Part shown: positions 1-12,849 of the stretch, one piece after another
Layout of the letters: every line of letters starts with the position of its first letter
Numbering within the stretch: position 1 is the first letter of the stretch
Source of the DNA: Callorhinchus milii
Lineage: Eukaryota
Assembly (NCBI RefSeq): GCF_018977255.1
Contig: NW_024704756.1
Location: forward strand, 6,882,001 to 6,946,000
DNA: 64,000 nt
Direction of reading: 5' to 3'
The notes under the pieces: generated by a model
What the model saw: only the letters and a program-made list of their open reading frames with translations
Database searches by the model: none
What the model was told of the DNA's origin: nothing
Program-made: the position numbers and the translations under genes

Positions 1-14
1 TTTGGTGGTGCAGT

Positions 15-154
15 TTGTGGCTGTTTGTGGGACATTGCTGTGCGCAAATTCTAAATACACAGCCATTACACTAAATGGCAGTGAAACACTTTGAGATGTT
101 TTGAGGGTGTGTTGAAGTGCTGTATCAAATGCAAGGATTATTATTATTATTTAT
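15..154 (+). mobile_element. SINE 3' part
   Basis: CTGTTTGTGGGACATTGCTGTGCGCAAATT...CAAATGCAAGGATTATTATT. Confidence 0.85.
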
Positions 155-3100
155 TGATCTGAGCAAAAGTGTTGCTTCCACATATTTTTTCAAGCAGTGA
201 AAGAAATATGCCTCTTTTAGAAATGTATTTCCACAGAAAACAAACATACTGGTAAATGTACAGATCTTAACAGATGTGCAGTTGTCTTATTAAATTACAA
301 TTAACAGTCTAACGCTATCAGCTCATTTCTGAGCTAGATTATTTCAGTGCAAATGAAGCTATGAGGGTACCTCAGCTCACAATTTTTTGATTCTGCAATC
401 AGGAGAGAGAGGAAAAAAACATTCAATCACTCGACCTAAACTGCTGAAGGAAGGTTTTCTCCTAATGAAAACACAATTAAATCAATAGAAATTCACAGAA
501 ATTGTATGAAAATACTGCAACTACTGTAGTATAATTAACCCTATGACAGCCTCAAATACCCAGAGTGTTTCTGCTTTCCAAAGCATGCACTCAACTGGTT
601 TCTAATTAAATGATGGATGCTAAAGTAAATTTGCTTGTACAAATCCAAATACCTTTTTTTTAGCATTTTCTGGAATGATTGCAGTGCAGCAGTCGTCTTT
701 ATTTCAGCACGGATATTCCAGGATGATCTTTCAGCAAAAGAAAAATACTTTGACTTGTGATGTGAAGATACAGTTGAATTTAAAATCCTGCTCAAGTTCA
801 TATCTTCTAGTTACTGCATCATTGAGTCTGAGCATTATCGACCAATGGTAAATTGTAGCTCCCTTCCAGCAATCAGTATTTGTTGTCCTTTCATTCCCAA
901 TTCATTAACAAATGTCTTATTTTATCAAGATACCTGCAGACCAGTGCTATGACAAATAATGAATTATATAGGAATTATGGTAAAGTTTTATCTTAAATGT
1001 TTGCTTATTCCTAAAATTAGAATCAATGTGGGATAAAATGTGTTTTATTCCTTAAGTGTTCCATGAATTAACACTGCTTAGATTAAGGAACACTTAGAGA
1101 GTAACCACAATTTCCCCCTAGCCCCAATATGTTAGCAGCTGCCAAATTAACTTCTGCTCAAATGTTTTCTTGGCGGCACGTGATGTTGCAGAGAGTGGTT
1201 ATAATGGACCTTACTGAAACAAATAACACAGTATCTGTTACACTGTGCACTTGACTTTCCCTTTGTGTTTTGCTGAGTGGTTTTCCGCACTGGTCAACAA
1301 CATAAATGGCGCTAATATATTTTATATTGCTCAATTAAATCTTCCTCCCATTCTTTACAGTGTTAAAAGAGAAAGTGTCAAGCTGGTCCTTCTGGGATCT
1401 CCAGATAATCTTTCCCGTACATCATTTGCGAAAATATAGGCTGTCCATAGACTGCCGTCACAGAGACACATGGAATAACGCCCTTTGTTTCCCAGATCAA
1501 ATTTTTAATTGAACTCCGTATGAAGGAAGCTCCTTTCATTCAATAATGCAATTACAATTCATACTGTGAATTCATAAGTTTTATTCAAAGCAACGAATGA
1601 GAGGCAGGAAGGAAAGCAGGTATAGCTCATGACATTTATCAGTATTTTAATTGTATGCGGTTTGTTTTATGCTAAGACTATGAATAATGAATCCAGAAGA
1701 AATCTTCAAAATAATGGTTAATTAAATAGAGTGTGGGATCTAATGAGGGGTGATTTATTATAGGATTATTTAATAAGGAATTAGAACAGGGACTCCATCC
1801 AGTAACTGAGAGTAAATCATACCAACCTGTGGGACCCTGGTTCCAAAAGTGACTTTCAGCTTTGCGGAGCTGTAACGGATCGGCTTGATGTACTTCCAGT
1901 TTTCTTATTAAGAAAAAGACTACAAAAGACTCCTTTTTTGTACATCTATTCCACAGCTGTGAAATTAATATTCTGAGATAATATTGGGGACTAATTTGCA
2001 ATATTTCTTAATGGGATTCCTTAATGAGCAATTTGAGTCATGCTGACGAGGATTCCTTTGGAAGTGGGTCTGACTCCTGAGATTACAAAGATCAAAGTAT
2101 TCTGTTATATATCGTATTAACTGAAAGTATTAGTTTGTCGGGCAAGATGGCTACTTCTGTCCCTAGACAATCTTGTTTCTTTACCATTTCAAATTCCTTC
2201 CAATGCAGTCTACTGAAGTAATGCATTCCAGTTCCAGTATATTTGCCAACCCTAGAATCCACCTGTTCCAAGCCAAGAAACAAAGCAAGTGATTTGCAAT
2301 TAACAGAATACAAAGGCTCCTTTAGGGATCAATGCTTTTTAGTTATACATCTTGCGTAAACACCTTGTATACCCATTCGTTGTACAAAATTAAGTAGTAT
2401 CTGAAATATTTATAGTGACACTTTCCAATACATTAACAAATTCTAAAGTGCTTTTAGTGGTCTCTATTCCCAGACAAGATTAGATCTTAAAATTCAATTA
2501 AACCAGACTATTGTACTATCAAATTCAGGGAGTACTCTCAGGGTTCCCTGAGGCTACTAAATATATTTAAGACATTATATTGTAATTCACAAAATTAGAT
2601 AAGGAAGATGGAAGGAAAGTTCACATTACTGGTATGAAAACCAATTGTCAGTCGGAGTTTGTAGTTCTTACAGATAATATTATCTTAAAAATACTTAAGT
2701 ATTTTAAAGAAAATCTTTTCAAGGATATTTGTAGGATGGTGTTTGACTTTTGTATTGAACTAATTCTAAGCAACAACCTTGAAATTGCTATACCACAGAC
2801 ACTTCAGTTTATAATCAAAGCCGTTGCAGCAACCAGAAAGTTTGCTTTACTTATTTATTATAAATGCACTGATATTTTTATATATAGGTAAGAGTTGAAT
2901 GGAATCATCTTTTTAGATTATCGTTTTACATTTGAAGAATATTTTCAATTGCATGCTGCAGTGACCAATATTGTTTGTTATTGTAGGTTATTAAGTATAA
3001 TAATTAATCCATACATTTGATACAAATGCTTTATTGTGTTGTCAGGACTATTCAAAGCGCTTCACAGGATTTTGCTGTGTTCTGTAGGAGGATTCAGGAG

Positions 3101-3577
3101 AATGTTTCATTGCAAAATAGAGCAAAAGCAGAACCAACTGCAGTATGATACATTTGAATAAAATGTTTTCAGAATATTATTAATTTTAATGGTTGTGCTA
3201 AAACGTCTTTGTGAGATCATCCATACTGGATAATTTTCTGAAGACTGATATCATCCAAATAGTTCACTAAACCTTTATTCCACTGGTGAATATCATGCAA
3301 CTTAATGAATATATATTTCTATACCTATATAAAAAAAACTGGGCTTAGTTGGTTTATCTGCTAATGTATACCGTGTTTGATCAGCAGAGGGCAAGAATAT
3401 TACATTTCAGGAGATTTTTACAACAATTCGGAAAAAAAACAAATACATTTTGCAGAATGTGCCAAACTTGAACACATAATAGTTTCCCCTCCTACCCTAA
3501 CCCACCCACCCTTACCACCCACCTACACACATACACACAAAATGATTTATGATTATTAAATAACATTTTTAAATAAG

Positions 3578-3910
3578 TCTGCCTGATAGCTCAGTGAATT
3601 TATTCAATGAGTAGGCGAGCTGTAAAGGTCAGATGATCCCAGAGGTTTGATCCGCATTCTGTGCTGACTTAACTGATTCACCCTGGGCTGAATTATAAAG
3701 GTTTCTGTGCCTGGATTAGAAAGGTGATAGTTGACTATGGTTCTTGCTCCTGATCACTATCCAGCAGCTGTTGCTACCTGTCGAGCGGAAAGGGAGAGAG
3801 ATTTGGCTGCAATGTCTCTGTGGTTGAATAGCCTGCCAACGTGCAATATCTAAGCCCACGCATGAATAATGAGCATTTGAGTGAGGTATCAGAGGGGAAT
3901 GGTACTCCAG
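3578..3910 (+). mobile_element. Ancient tRNA-headed SINE-like family
   Basis: TAGCTCAGTG...GGTTTGATCC head and body CTCCTGATCACTATCCAG...GAATAGCCTGCC...CATGAATAATG. Related copies occur elsewhere in the window. Confidence 0.65.
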
Positions 3911-4244
3911 TTGAAGAAAAAAAGGAGACAAATACCTTAAGCATAGGGAGGAGGGGGAAGAAAATTGGCGAGAAAAGGAAGCAAACAAAACACTGTATAT
4001 AAAATTAACTCTTCAATAAACAACAATCTATGTTACTCGAAATGACTTACTTGCTGAACAAGGTGGAACAGAATTCTTAATGTTTCTCTGCATGAAAGGG
4101 TCTTAAAGAAAACTTAAATTGTAATTATTGTTGTGTCCTTTACTTGGTGCAGCATGCAAGTGCTTTGTGCCCGTCACATTGGCTTCAGCAATGTTTTTTT
4201 GCCAGTCAGTGAGTTCCAGCCCTAGTTTGAACCAATGCAAAGGA

Positions 4245-4465
4245 AACAACAACAAAAACAACAACTTGCATTTATATAGTGCCCCTCATGCAGGGTAGAA
4301 TCCCAGAATGCTTTACAATGACGGAGCACAATTCCAAGCCGGGGGGGTAGGGGTAGGTGACCGTAGGCACGGTTGAATAGGAAGATCTTCAGCGCGACCT
4401 GAAAATGGGGAAGGAAGGGGCAAGGCGGAGGGAAGGTGTTCCAGAGTTTCGGGGAAGGTGCTTTG
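4245..4465 (-). mobile_element. Second L2 family, 3' fragment
   Basis: APSPKLWNTFPP...LKIFLFNRAY and a GCAAGTTGTTG tail. Same family as the 40760, 53880 and 59595 copies. Confidence 0.8.
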
Positions 4466-5544
4466 ATACAATGAGGGAAGTAACATAACAGGGAGGATAG
4501 CTCAAGATGTAATGATGCAACCTGATCCATGATCAGCATTTGTAGATCCCTAAAATCTAAGATCATGAGAAGGCACAAGAAAACCTGAAAGAACTTGAAG
4601 GGTTGTTGAACTCTCTGCCCAATGTGAAAAGGAATAGTACAATTTAGAAAGACCCCAGGTTCGATCTTTAGCTTGTGCTTAACTAGCTGCTCTCCCAAAG
4701 ATTTACATAAGATACACATGGAATTAATAGCATGGGAACTGGCCATTTGACCCAACTAGTCTGTGCCAGCATTTACACTCCCCAGGAGTCAACCAGAGCA
4801 ACAGTCCACTTTACCAGGGTGATCCCCAGGTCCAAGAAAGTGAAAAAATCCTGATTTATTTCCGTTGATTCATGCTAAGAATGTGAAGGACATCTCAAGG
4901 GGCTTATCAAAGCTATTTTTAGTCTGCATATAATATGTGCACATTTATTTTTCAAATTGACATGCCACATGTTTTCTGCCCCTTTTGAAGTCTCACCTTC
5001 TTCCCTGCTCTTTGGTGACCCCACATTAGTCACCATTGGGAGAATGGACAATTGACTTCCTTCCATACTTCTTTCTTCGAAAAAAGCATTTCTGTAGTAC
5101 GTTTCACATAGAATGGTGTCTCGGAGATCTTTACAATGGTGGGGACAGATTCTAAATGGGGCGATTCTACATGGTATTTCAGGGGAATCGGGGTGAGTTG
5201 CTTTTTTTTTGTCCTTTTGCACTGCGCTTTCTCTCTTGCCTCTTCCTCAATAGCACTGCTGAAATTGCCAGCTTGCTGTGTAAGTAATTATGGGCTCAAA
5301 CCTGCACCCACACGGTATGTTAGGTCACTAATGGCACTGTGCTTCCTGTTTCAATTTTTTAGAATTAATTCTGATTCTCTTGGCATTTAAGAGAATTCAG
5401 TGTCCTAACTGTTTGCTGTAATTAACATCTATCTAACATTTATCTTCTGCAGAAAAGCAAAAGCAACTGGGCGTGGGTGTTTGAATCTTGAAAATACAGT
5501 AATTTACTTGGCGGTGATAAGACTGAAAGTGGCCATGTAATACC

Positions 5545-5625
5545 TTGACTAGATGAACAATGACATGCCAAGGGCATGAAGGGATTTGAAAACGCGTGAG
5601 ACGATCTTGAAATCGATCCGTTGTT
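5545..5625 (-). mobile_element. Old L2 ORF2 fragment
   Basis: Minus-strand translation QRIDFKIVSRVFKSLHAL, homologous to QRIELKILVLSFETIHGL in the younger L2 copies. Confidence 0.65.
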
Positions 5626-6245
5626 TGTTTGCCAGTTTATCACAGTTTAGAATAATTTAGCTTGAATTCAGGCTGAATTCAGTGCTTAAAAAATTGCTAC
5701 ACGCATCATGTTCGAGCTGGATTAGTGACCTTCGTCAGGGAACATTGCTGTAATGCCATGTATGAATCAGGATAATTATTTGGTAATGATTTTGTTAAGC
5801 ATTAATGGTCACTGGGATAGATGAGGCACCAGTTGGAATTTACTCAAGACACCATATCGTTTTTTCACCAGCCTTTTGTTTTATAAATACCAGATAACAG
5901 TTCACTGCAGGTAAACTCACTCTGAACGCAATGTGCTCTGTCTGACTAGGACCAGGAGCTGTAATATTAACATGTGGAGAAGAAATTTTAAAATGCAACT
6001 TTTGTTGGTTAAAACAATAAACCACGGTTTTAGATACATTGTACTGGATTTTACATGGGTCTTCACATGCATGTGTAACAAATACATCTGCAACCTTTGT
6101 GAGATTTTCATATGTCCAGTCACACAAAATTCCAGTCATTTATCATCTACGACTAGTGAAGTTAGTTGAATGCCAAGTAAAAGTAAGAGGATGTTATCAA
6201 AGGCTCCACACACGTACAAACTTATCTCCCAACTCGAAAAATGTA

Positions 6246-7645
6246 CAACAACAACAACAAAATTACATTTATAGAGCGCCTTTCACGTCGGGAGGACGTC
6301 CCAAGGAGCTGAACAGTCAGATGTCAGGGCCCGAGCATGGGGGGATGTGGTGTAAGGATGAGGGAAGACAGAGAGGTGGGAGGAAGACCAAAGGCAAGAT
6401 CGAAGAGAAGGGTCTTGAGACCGGCCTTGAAGGATGCGAGGGAGAAAGCGAGGTGATGGGACTGTGGGATGGAGTTCCAGAGTGTGGGGGCAGAGAAGCT
6501 GAAAGCCCGGCCACCGATGGTAGGGCGGGTCGGATGGGAGACATGGAGCAGGCCGGAGCCCGCTGAATGGAGGGAGCGGGCAGGTTGGTAGGGAGTCAGC
6601 AGGTCAGAAAGGTAGGAGGGGGAAAGGCCATGGATGGTCTCAAAGGAGAGGACGAGAATCTTCAACTCGATCCTCTGGGGGATGGGGAGCCAGTGGAGTC
6701 GGGCGAGGGTTGGAGTGATGGGGTCACGGAGCCTGCAGCTTGTGAAGGGAAGGGTTGGGAAGGCCAATGCGGAGGGAGTTCCCGTAATCACGCCTTGAGG
6801 TGACGAATTCGGGGGTGAGGGTTTCAGCATCCTGTGGGGTGAGGCAGTGGCGGAGACTGGCAATGTCGCGGAGGTGGTGGTAGGCAGTGCTGGTCATAGC
6901 GCGGATGTGGGGGAGAAAAGACAGTTCAGGGTCGAACAAGACACCCAACTTCCTGACTGGCTTAGTGAGGTTGAGTGTGCAGCCGTGGAGGCTGATGCTG
7001 CCAGCGCCCGAGGTGCGGAGGCGCTGGCGCGAGCCAATCAGGAGGGCCTCAGTCTTGCTGATATTGAGTTGGAGAAAGTTGGCCCTCGTCCAGGACTTGA
7101 TGTTGGACAGGCAGTCGGTCAGGACGCGAGTAGTCCTGGAGTTCAGGGTGGAGGCAAAGAGGTAGAGTTGTGTGTCATCCACATATATGTAGAAATTTAC
7201 CCCATGTCTGCAGATGACGTCAACAAGGGGGAGCATGTAGAGGGTGAAGAGGAGGGGACCGAGGACAGAGCTCTGAGGAACACCGCACGAGACAGTGCGG
7301 GGGCTGGAAGAGAAGCTGTTTGCCGTGACAAAGTGGAAGCGGTGTGAAAGGTAGGACCTGAACCAGTCAAGGACAGAACCTTGAAGGTTGAGGTGGGAGG
7401 AGAGGCGGTGGAGGAGAATTGAGTGGTCCACGGTGTCAAAGGCAGCGGAGAGGTTGAGGAGGACGAGGAGGCAGAGGGAGCCCTGGTCACACATGGTCAG
7501 GATGTCGTTTCTGACCTTGATCAGACCACGGGTTTCCGTGGGCAGCACGGAAACCCGATTGGATGGGGTTCATGGAGGGAGTGAGAGGAAAGGAAAGAGT
7601 GAAGCTGGGAGCCAAGGGCTCTCTCAAGGACCTTGGATACAAGAA
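6246..7645 (-). mobile_element. L2-clade LINE, 5'-truncated (RT region through 3' tail)
   Basis: Minus ORFs 6724-7548 and 6324-6863 contain LLNLSAAFDTVDH, GVPQSSVLGP, YVDDTQLY, LHWLPIPQRI and GGRAFSFSAPTLWN. The element ends in the 3' stem-loop and a (TTG)n tail. Confidence 0.95.
6324..7640 (-). pseudogene. Disrupted L2 ORF2 reverse transcriptase
   Basis: RT motifs carry substitutions (LDLS>LNLS, PQGS>PQSS, YADD>YVDD), with frameshifts near 7545 and near 6730. Confidence 0.9.
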
Positions 7646-8334
7646 CTAGTTAGCTTATGAAAAAGTGATAGAGAAACAGTGACAAGGTTGGAAACACAGA
7701 TTGGCCAATGTTGAAGAGAAGCTGACTAGAACTATGGTTGATTGATGATGAAGAAAATTAGACTGTTGACTGGGACCGTAATGCTAAGAATAGTTCAGAT
7801 ACTTTTTGGCAAAGGAAAATTCCTTTGACGACAATAGCATTACAAGATGGGAATGAGCAAAGAACATGCAGCTCACTCCTTTGCTTCGACCCATACATTG
7901 ATACCATTATCTTGCTTCAGGAGGAATGCATTCTTCAGCTTCCTTCCAAAACAAAAAAACTCTAGGCACACTTACCTCAACCCTTATAAAAAGTGAAGCA
8001 ATTTAGCCTCAAGCAGAGTTGTGAACAAGGCCTGAATTTACACCTTCTCTCAGCCCACTAGTCTTAAAATGTTAAAGATCACACGTAACTGTGAAAAATT
8101 CATGAATTCAGTCTTAATTTAGGAACCATTTCTTTTCAAGAACTGAGGAAAACTTTCTGTGTGATCTGAAACTTTACATGATGGAATTTCAGACCTGTGG
8201 GAGGTTGCAAGTTATGTGTTGTGATTCGGAAGCACCATCCAAAATACTTTTTCCTTTATGTAAAGACAACAGGGTTACTGTTCTTCCTGCTTTCATTTCA
8301 GCCTGGCTCATTGCTAGTACTTTTGCCTGTGATT

Positions 8335-8600
8335 CAGAAGGTTTTAGATTCAAGAGCCAGGTCAGATCAGCTCATTGTCTAGACTGAGACTCCAATGCAA
8401 TGCTGGGGGTTTCTGCATTGTCAGAGGTGCCGTCCTTCAGGTGAGATGCTGAACCAAAATTCTGTCTGTCCAATTTGGTGAATGTTAAAGATCCCGTGAC
8501 ACTATTCGAAAAGAGAATACAATTTCTCTCGGTGTTATGGCCAACAATTTGATATTCACTTCATGACTGTTTGTGGAACATTGCTGTGAGCATGTGGGTC
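8335..8600 (+). mobile_element. Older Deu-type SINE
   Basis: GCATTGTCAGAGGTGCCGTCCTTCAGGTGAGATG...GTTAAAGATCCCGTGACACTATTCG...CTGTTTGTGG. Confidence 0.8.
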
Positions 8601-8794
8601 TAGTCAATTCATTGAACAGTTCTCTGATTTGGTTGAGGAGTTGCAGTTGTTTATGGATTTTTCCAGAAACATATTCATTAGCCAAAAAGCCTGTTGTTTG
8701 GATTGTTTCTGCAGTTAATGACTTTCGCTCCAGTAATTCTGCCATTTGGAAACAAAACTCCATCTCATTTCCAGTTTCTAAATAACATTAGAAG

Positions 8795-9150
8795 CTTGGC
8801 TCAGTTGGTAGCATTCTCACTTCCGATTTGGGAGGTTATATGTTTGAGTCCCACAGCCTGACTCATAGCTCATAGTCGAATCTGACGTTCCAGGACAGTC
8901 CTGAGGGAGAGCTGTGTTTTCTGTAGTGCTGCCATTCAGTCGAGTTTGTCTCTTCAGGTGGGTATTAAGGATCCCATGATCAGAAAAAATGAGTTTTTCC
9001 TGGTGTCTTGGCCAATCATGCTTGATAAATTGGCCATTTGCTGTTTGTAGGGCCTTGCAGTGCACAAAATAAGTCCTGATTTTGCCAACAAAAACAATGC
9101 CTGTGTTTGACAGGAATATTGTTAAGTGATAAGTCACTACAAAATGTAAG
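8795..9150 (+). mobile_element. Older Deu-type SINE
   Basis: Head GGCTCAGTTGGTAGCATTCTCAC, followed by a degenerate central domain. Confidence 0.72.
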
Positions 9151-9609
9151 TTCTTTCATCTGGACTTTAAGTCAGCATACACCATCAAGTATAAGTTGCT
9201 TTAGAGAGCATGGGATGAAAATTCTACACAGCACTGTACATAGCGCCTTTGGCAATGCACGACTATAAAATACACAGTCACTATATCTTATAGAATAACC
9301 TGTGAAATACTTTGCTGTGAAAACAGGAGTCATGCTCCTGTTGTGAAAGATGCTAAATGCCATAAGCGACCAATGGCCAACATTATATTTGGTGATGCAC
9401 GTGGCATTGAACAGAATTTACCCACATATCTGGTTTGTGGATATCACTGCTGATATCACTTGTTGAATTCATTTGCTGTCATATCATCAGCTTTTGTTCC
9501 CTCAAAGAAAAAAAATGCTGCAAATAATCCGACTGATACATTTACTGTGAAAGTATACATCCTCTGCTAAACTCCTCCACTGTAAACATTGTGCTGTCGG
9601 TTTGTCATT

Positions 9610-10178
9610 AACAACAACAATAACAAAATGACATTTCTATAGCGCCTTTCACATCGGGAGGACGTCCCAAGGCGCTGGACAGTCAGAGTTTCGGACTCAA
9701 CTTGGGGGTCGGGATCGGGGAGGGTAGAGGGCAGGGTGGGAAGCAGGGTGTTCAAATGCACAGTTAAAAAGGAGGGTCTTGACATGGGTCTTGAAGGTAG
9801 CGAGGGAGGGGGCGAGGTGGAGGGACTGTGAGATGGAGTTCCAGAGGGTGGGGGCAGAATGGCAGAAGGCCCGCGCGCCAATAGTGGGGCGAGCGAGGCA
9901 GGGGACGTGAAGCAGGCCGGAGCCTGCTGAGCAGAGGGAGTGAGCAGGATGGTAGGGGGTTAGGAGGTTACAGAGCTGTGGAGAAGCAACACCATGGAGG
10001 GCTTTGAACGTGAAGACTAGGATCTTAAACTGTATCCTCTGTGTGAAGGGATGCCAGTGGAGTTGGGCGATGATCGGGGTGATAGGGTCGCGGAGCCTAG
10101 TGCAGGAGAGGACATGGGCTGCAGTGTTCTGGATGATCTGCAGCCTTTGGAGGGAGGAGTTGGGAGGCTGACAAGCAA
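9610..10178 (-). mobile_element. L2 LINE 3' fragment
   Basis: ORF 9697-10230 contains LQIIQNTAAHVL, LHW and RIQFKIL. Same 3' stem-loop and (TTG)n tail as the 6246 copy. Confidence 0.93.
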
Positions 10179-11694
10179 GGTGTATATGAGTATTGTCTAT
10201 ATTAAGAAATAGATTAAAAATATTCCACATAATAGACTTTTGTGGGGAGGTTAAAACCTGTTGAGCGGTATCATTTAAAGAGGACAGGATATTAATGGTT
10301 TAAGCTTCACTAACAGATGAAACTGAGCTTAGAAATGGAGAAACATTATGTGGAGGTATTTTTTTCATGTACCAGAACAGCTTTCATCCACTAATATCAA
10401 GTGAGATTGTTTCCACACCCACTCTAATTAGTTTCCTCCTTTTCATCTCCCAATCAGTTATGTACGTTAATGAGCTAAGCTTCTGTTTTATGGTCTTGTT
10501 TGATCCTTTTCACTAAGTTTGAAGATTTATAACATACACAAATTGAAAATTATCTGTCTCATTTACAGGCCATCGGTTATTTAGACACCATGCTAAATTT
10601 GTTATCCTTGATATCATGTATATTTGTTACATGCCAAATCATGGTGTTATGTAACATTGCTATCTAAAATGCAGGTTGGGCTAAAAGGCCTCTGGGCTAA
10701 CCATGCTCAAACACACACAAGCGCCCTTGCTTATATTATTCACATCAATAATAAAGGATCACAAGTGATTTTGCAATGCTTTTCACTGGCTGGTTACATG
10801 GACCTTTTGACCAACCCCAAATTTTGCCCAAGTTTTACTGCAAATTATTTAGTGCTAGAAGAGTTAACAACAACAACCTGCATTTATTTAGGACCCTTCA
10901 CACAGGGTAGCATTCCAGAGTGCTTCACCATTAATTACCTAAGCGTTGCTTGGTAGTTCTGGTGCTGTGTATGTCAGAAGCTTGCTTAGAATGCCCTGCA
11001 CACGATAAGGCACGAGAAGGAGAGATAAGTGTGTTTTATCAAACACAAGGATTATTATGATTTATTTATTTGGTTTGATGTTTAGACAGTTACCATCTAC
11101 TCTCCATATTATATACCAATTTCTGCAGCTTCTATCTTGGTGCCTCAGCAAATCAATGCAACATAGACAAATAGCTATTACCAATGTTGATGTACAGTTC
11201 AGGGTTTTAGTTTGGTATTATCAATTTAAATATGATCTATAAGGAAAATGAGGTAAAATTTATGGCATTTCCTAACCCATTCCTTTTGTTAATTATCACA
11301 AGGAATAAGTTAGGGAAATACTAAACACTAAACTCTAGCGTTCCTTAATCAGCTGTAACCTAGGTGCTGCTCCCATCGCACAGCCTTCTCCTCCTATTTA
11401 GCCTGCTTCCTGCTCGCTAGTGGGAGAAAGAAAAAATTGGAACTCAACTTTATATAATTGTCGACAGTTGGGTGATTGTAGCTCCAAATAGAGCTTTAAA
11501 TCGTGATTTTGTAATCTCTACCTTCATCGCACATTTGATACGTTAGCAATTTTTAAATTTAATTTCTGAATGTAGCCTTTTATACATAATATGCACTGAT
11601 TGTGACCCAGTAATTAATGGTAAATAAAAATCACACCTTTGTACAAAGTGAATATGGTAGGCACCACACTATCTGTGTTTCTCTTTTTGGACAC

Positions 11695-11855
11695 CAAGGG
11701 CCCACATTGCACTTAACCTTGGCCGTTAAGACTATTTTGCCTTAAAATTAAAGATTGCGCAGATTCGTAGAAAATTCATAAATTAATTCCTAATTTGGAA
11801 GCCTTTTAAAAAGAAGCCTTTAAAAAGAGTCAGCTTCCAAATCAGGTCTTAAGTA
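11695..11855. mobile_element. Old palindromic MITE-like repeat
   Basis: Internal inverted pair ATTTGGAAGC...GCTTCCAAAT. Homologous to 42750-42975. Confidence 0.6.
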
Positions 11856-12334
11856 TATCTGTTTGGGAAAATCTGAAAGGAAAAACGAAACAAGGAAAGT
11901 GTCAAACTATTGAGAAACCCATTTAGATAAGTAGAGACTATCCTCTAGCAGTCCTTGATAAATGATTCAGTTAGTGCCTTGAAGTTCAGTAGTATAACTG
12001 AATGCTATTGACTGATGGTCTGCTGAAATGTAATTAGAACTTTAACTAATAACTTGGATGACTGCATGTACAAGTAGGAGAACATGAAAGAGGAATCTCA
12101 TAAGGGGAAAAGAACTTGAAATAAATAGTGTGAATATTAGCAAACTTCACTGAAGTCTTGAGCTTAACTCTCTTTTAATCTCATTTTTGTAGATTTAGGG
12201 CCCAAAATGTATCTTCCAGGAAGTCTTTTATCTTTATTATGTATAAATTTAGTGTGTCGCAATTTCTTTTCAAAATGTTTCCCCCACGAGAGTGTGCCTC
12301 ACCATTCCAGGACTGACCTCCTCTTGCTGGGATG

Positions 12335-12730
12335 TGTGACTCCTCTGGTACCAAGTGACCATTGCTCAATGTGACCCTTGGAGATGAGTTTTGGCAAGAT
12401 ATTTGACTGTAGATGGCATCACAGTCAAGCTTGATCTCTCCTCTACACCCCCCCGGAAGGTGGGGGGGCGGGGGTGGTGGGTATGGGGGAGGTATAGAGG
12501 AGAAGTCAAGCTTGACTATGATGCCATCTACAGTCAAATGTCTTGCCGCACACAGGCATAACCATTAGTGGATGGTGTGTAGAGGGAACAAGAGCAGGAA
12601 CGCTAGCTATTTTACCCTCCCTGGGAAGGCTGAGACCCATTTAGCCGCCCCCTACTGCCCCGAGTGAGTCCAGCAATCTCAAGACCAATTGAATGGTAAC
12701 AATTTGAACCAAGCTCCTAGTTTGTAAGCT
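12335..12730 (-). mobile_element. Ancient SINE-like family copy containing an inverted duplication
   Basis: Collinear with the 51940-52190 copy and with the reverse complement of 3578-3910. Confidence 0.65.
12393..12547. repeat. Long inverted repeat (57-bp arms)
   Basis: Arms 12393-12449 and 12491-12547 are reverse complements with 5 mismatches, separated by a G-rich spacer. Confidence 0.95.
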
Positions 12731-12849
12731 GCAGCTCTACCGATTTTACCATCAAGCCTGCCTTGCCCTTTCACTATTAACAATTTCTGTAGATTTGCTG
12801 TAAAATGTACAGATAAAAGCGATTCAATTTCAAGTGCCACAAATTAGGC

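Noticed and set aside
541-801. 86-aa minus ORF as a host exon
   Set aside because: FSFAERSSWN...LQSFQKMLK loosely resembles a LINE ORF2 C-terminus, and upstream frames are blocked. It cannot be supported as a gene.
5921-5958. Minus-strand 38-nt micro-exon candidate (TTACAG...AGA|GTGAGT)
   Set aside because: It is too short to validate and has no linked exons or recognisable peptide.
6039-7660. Plus-strand ORFs of 78-175 aa
   Set aside because: They are antisense shadows of the GC-rich L2 ORF2.
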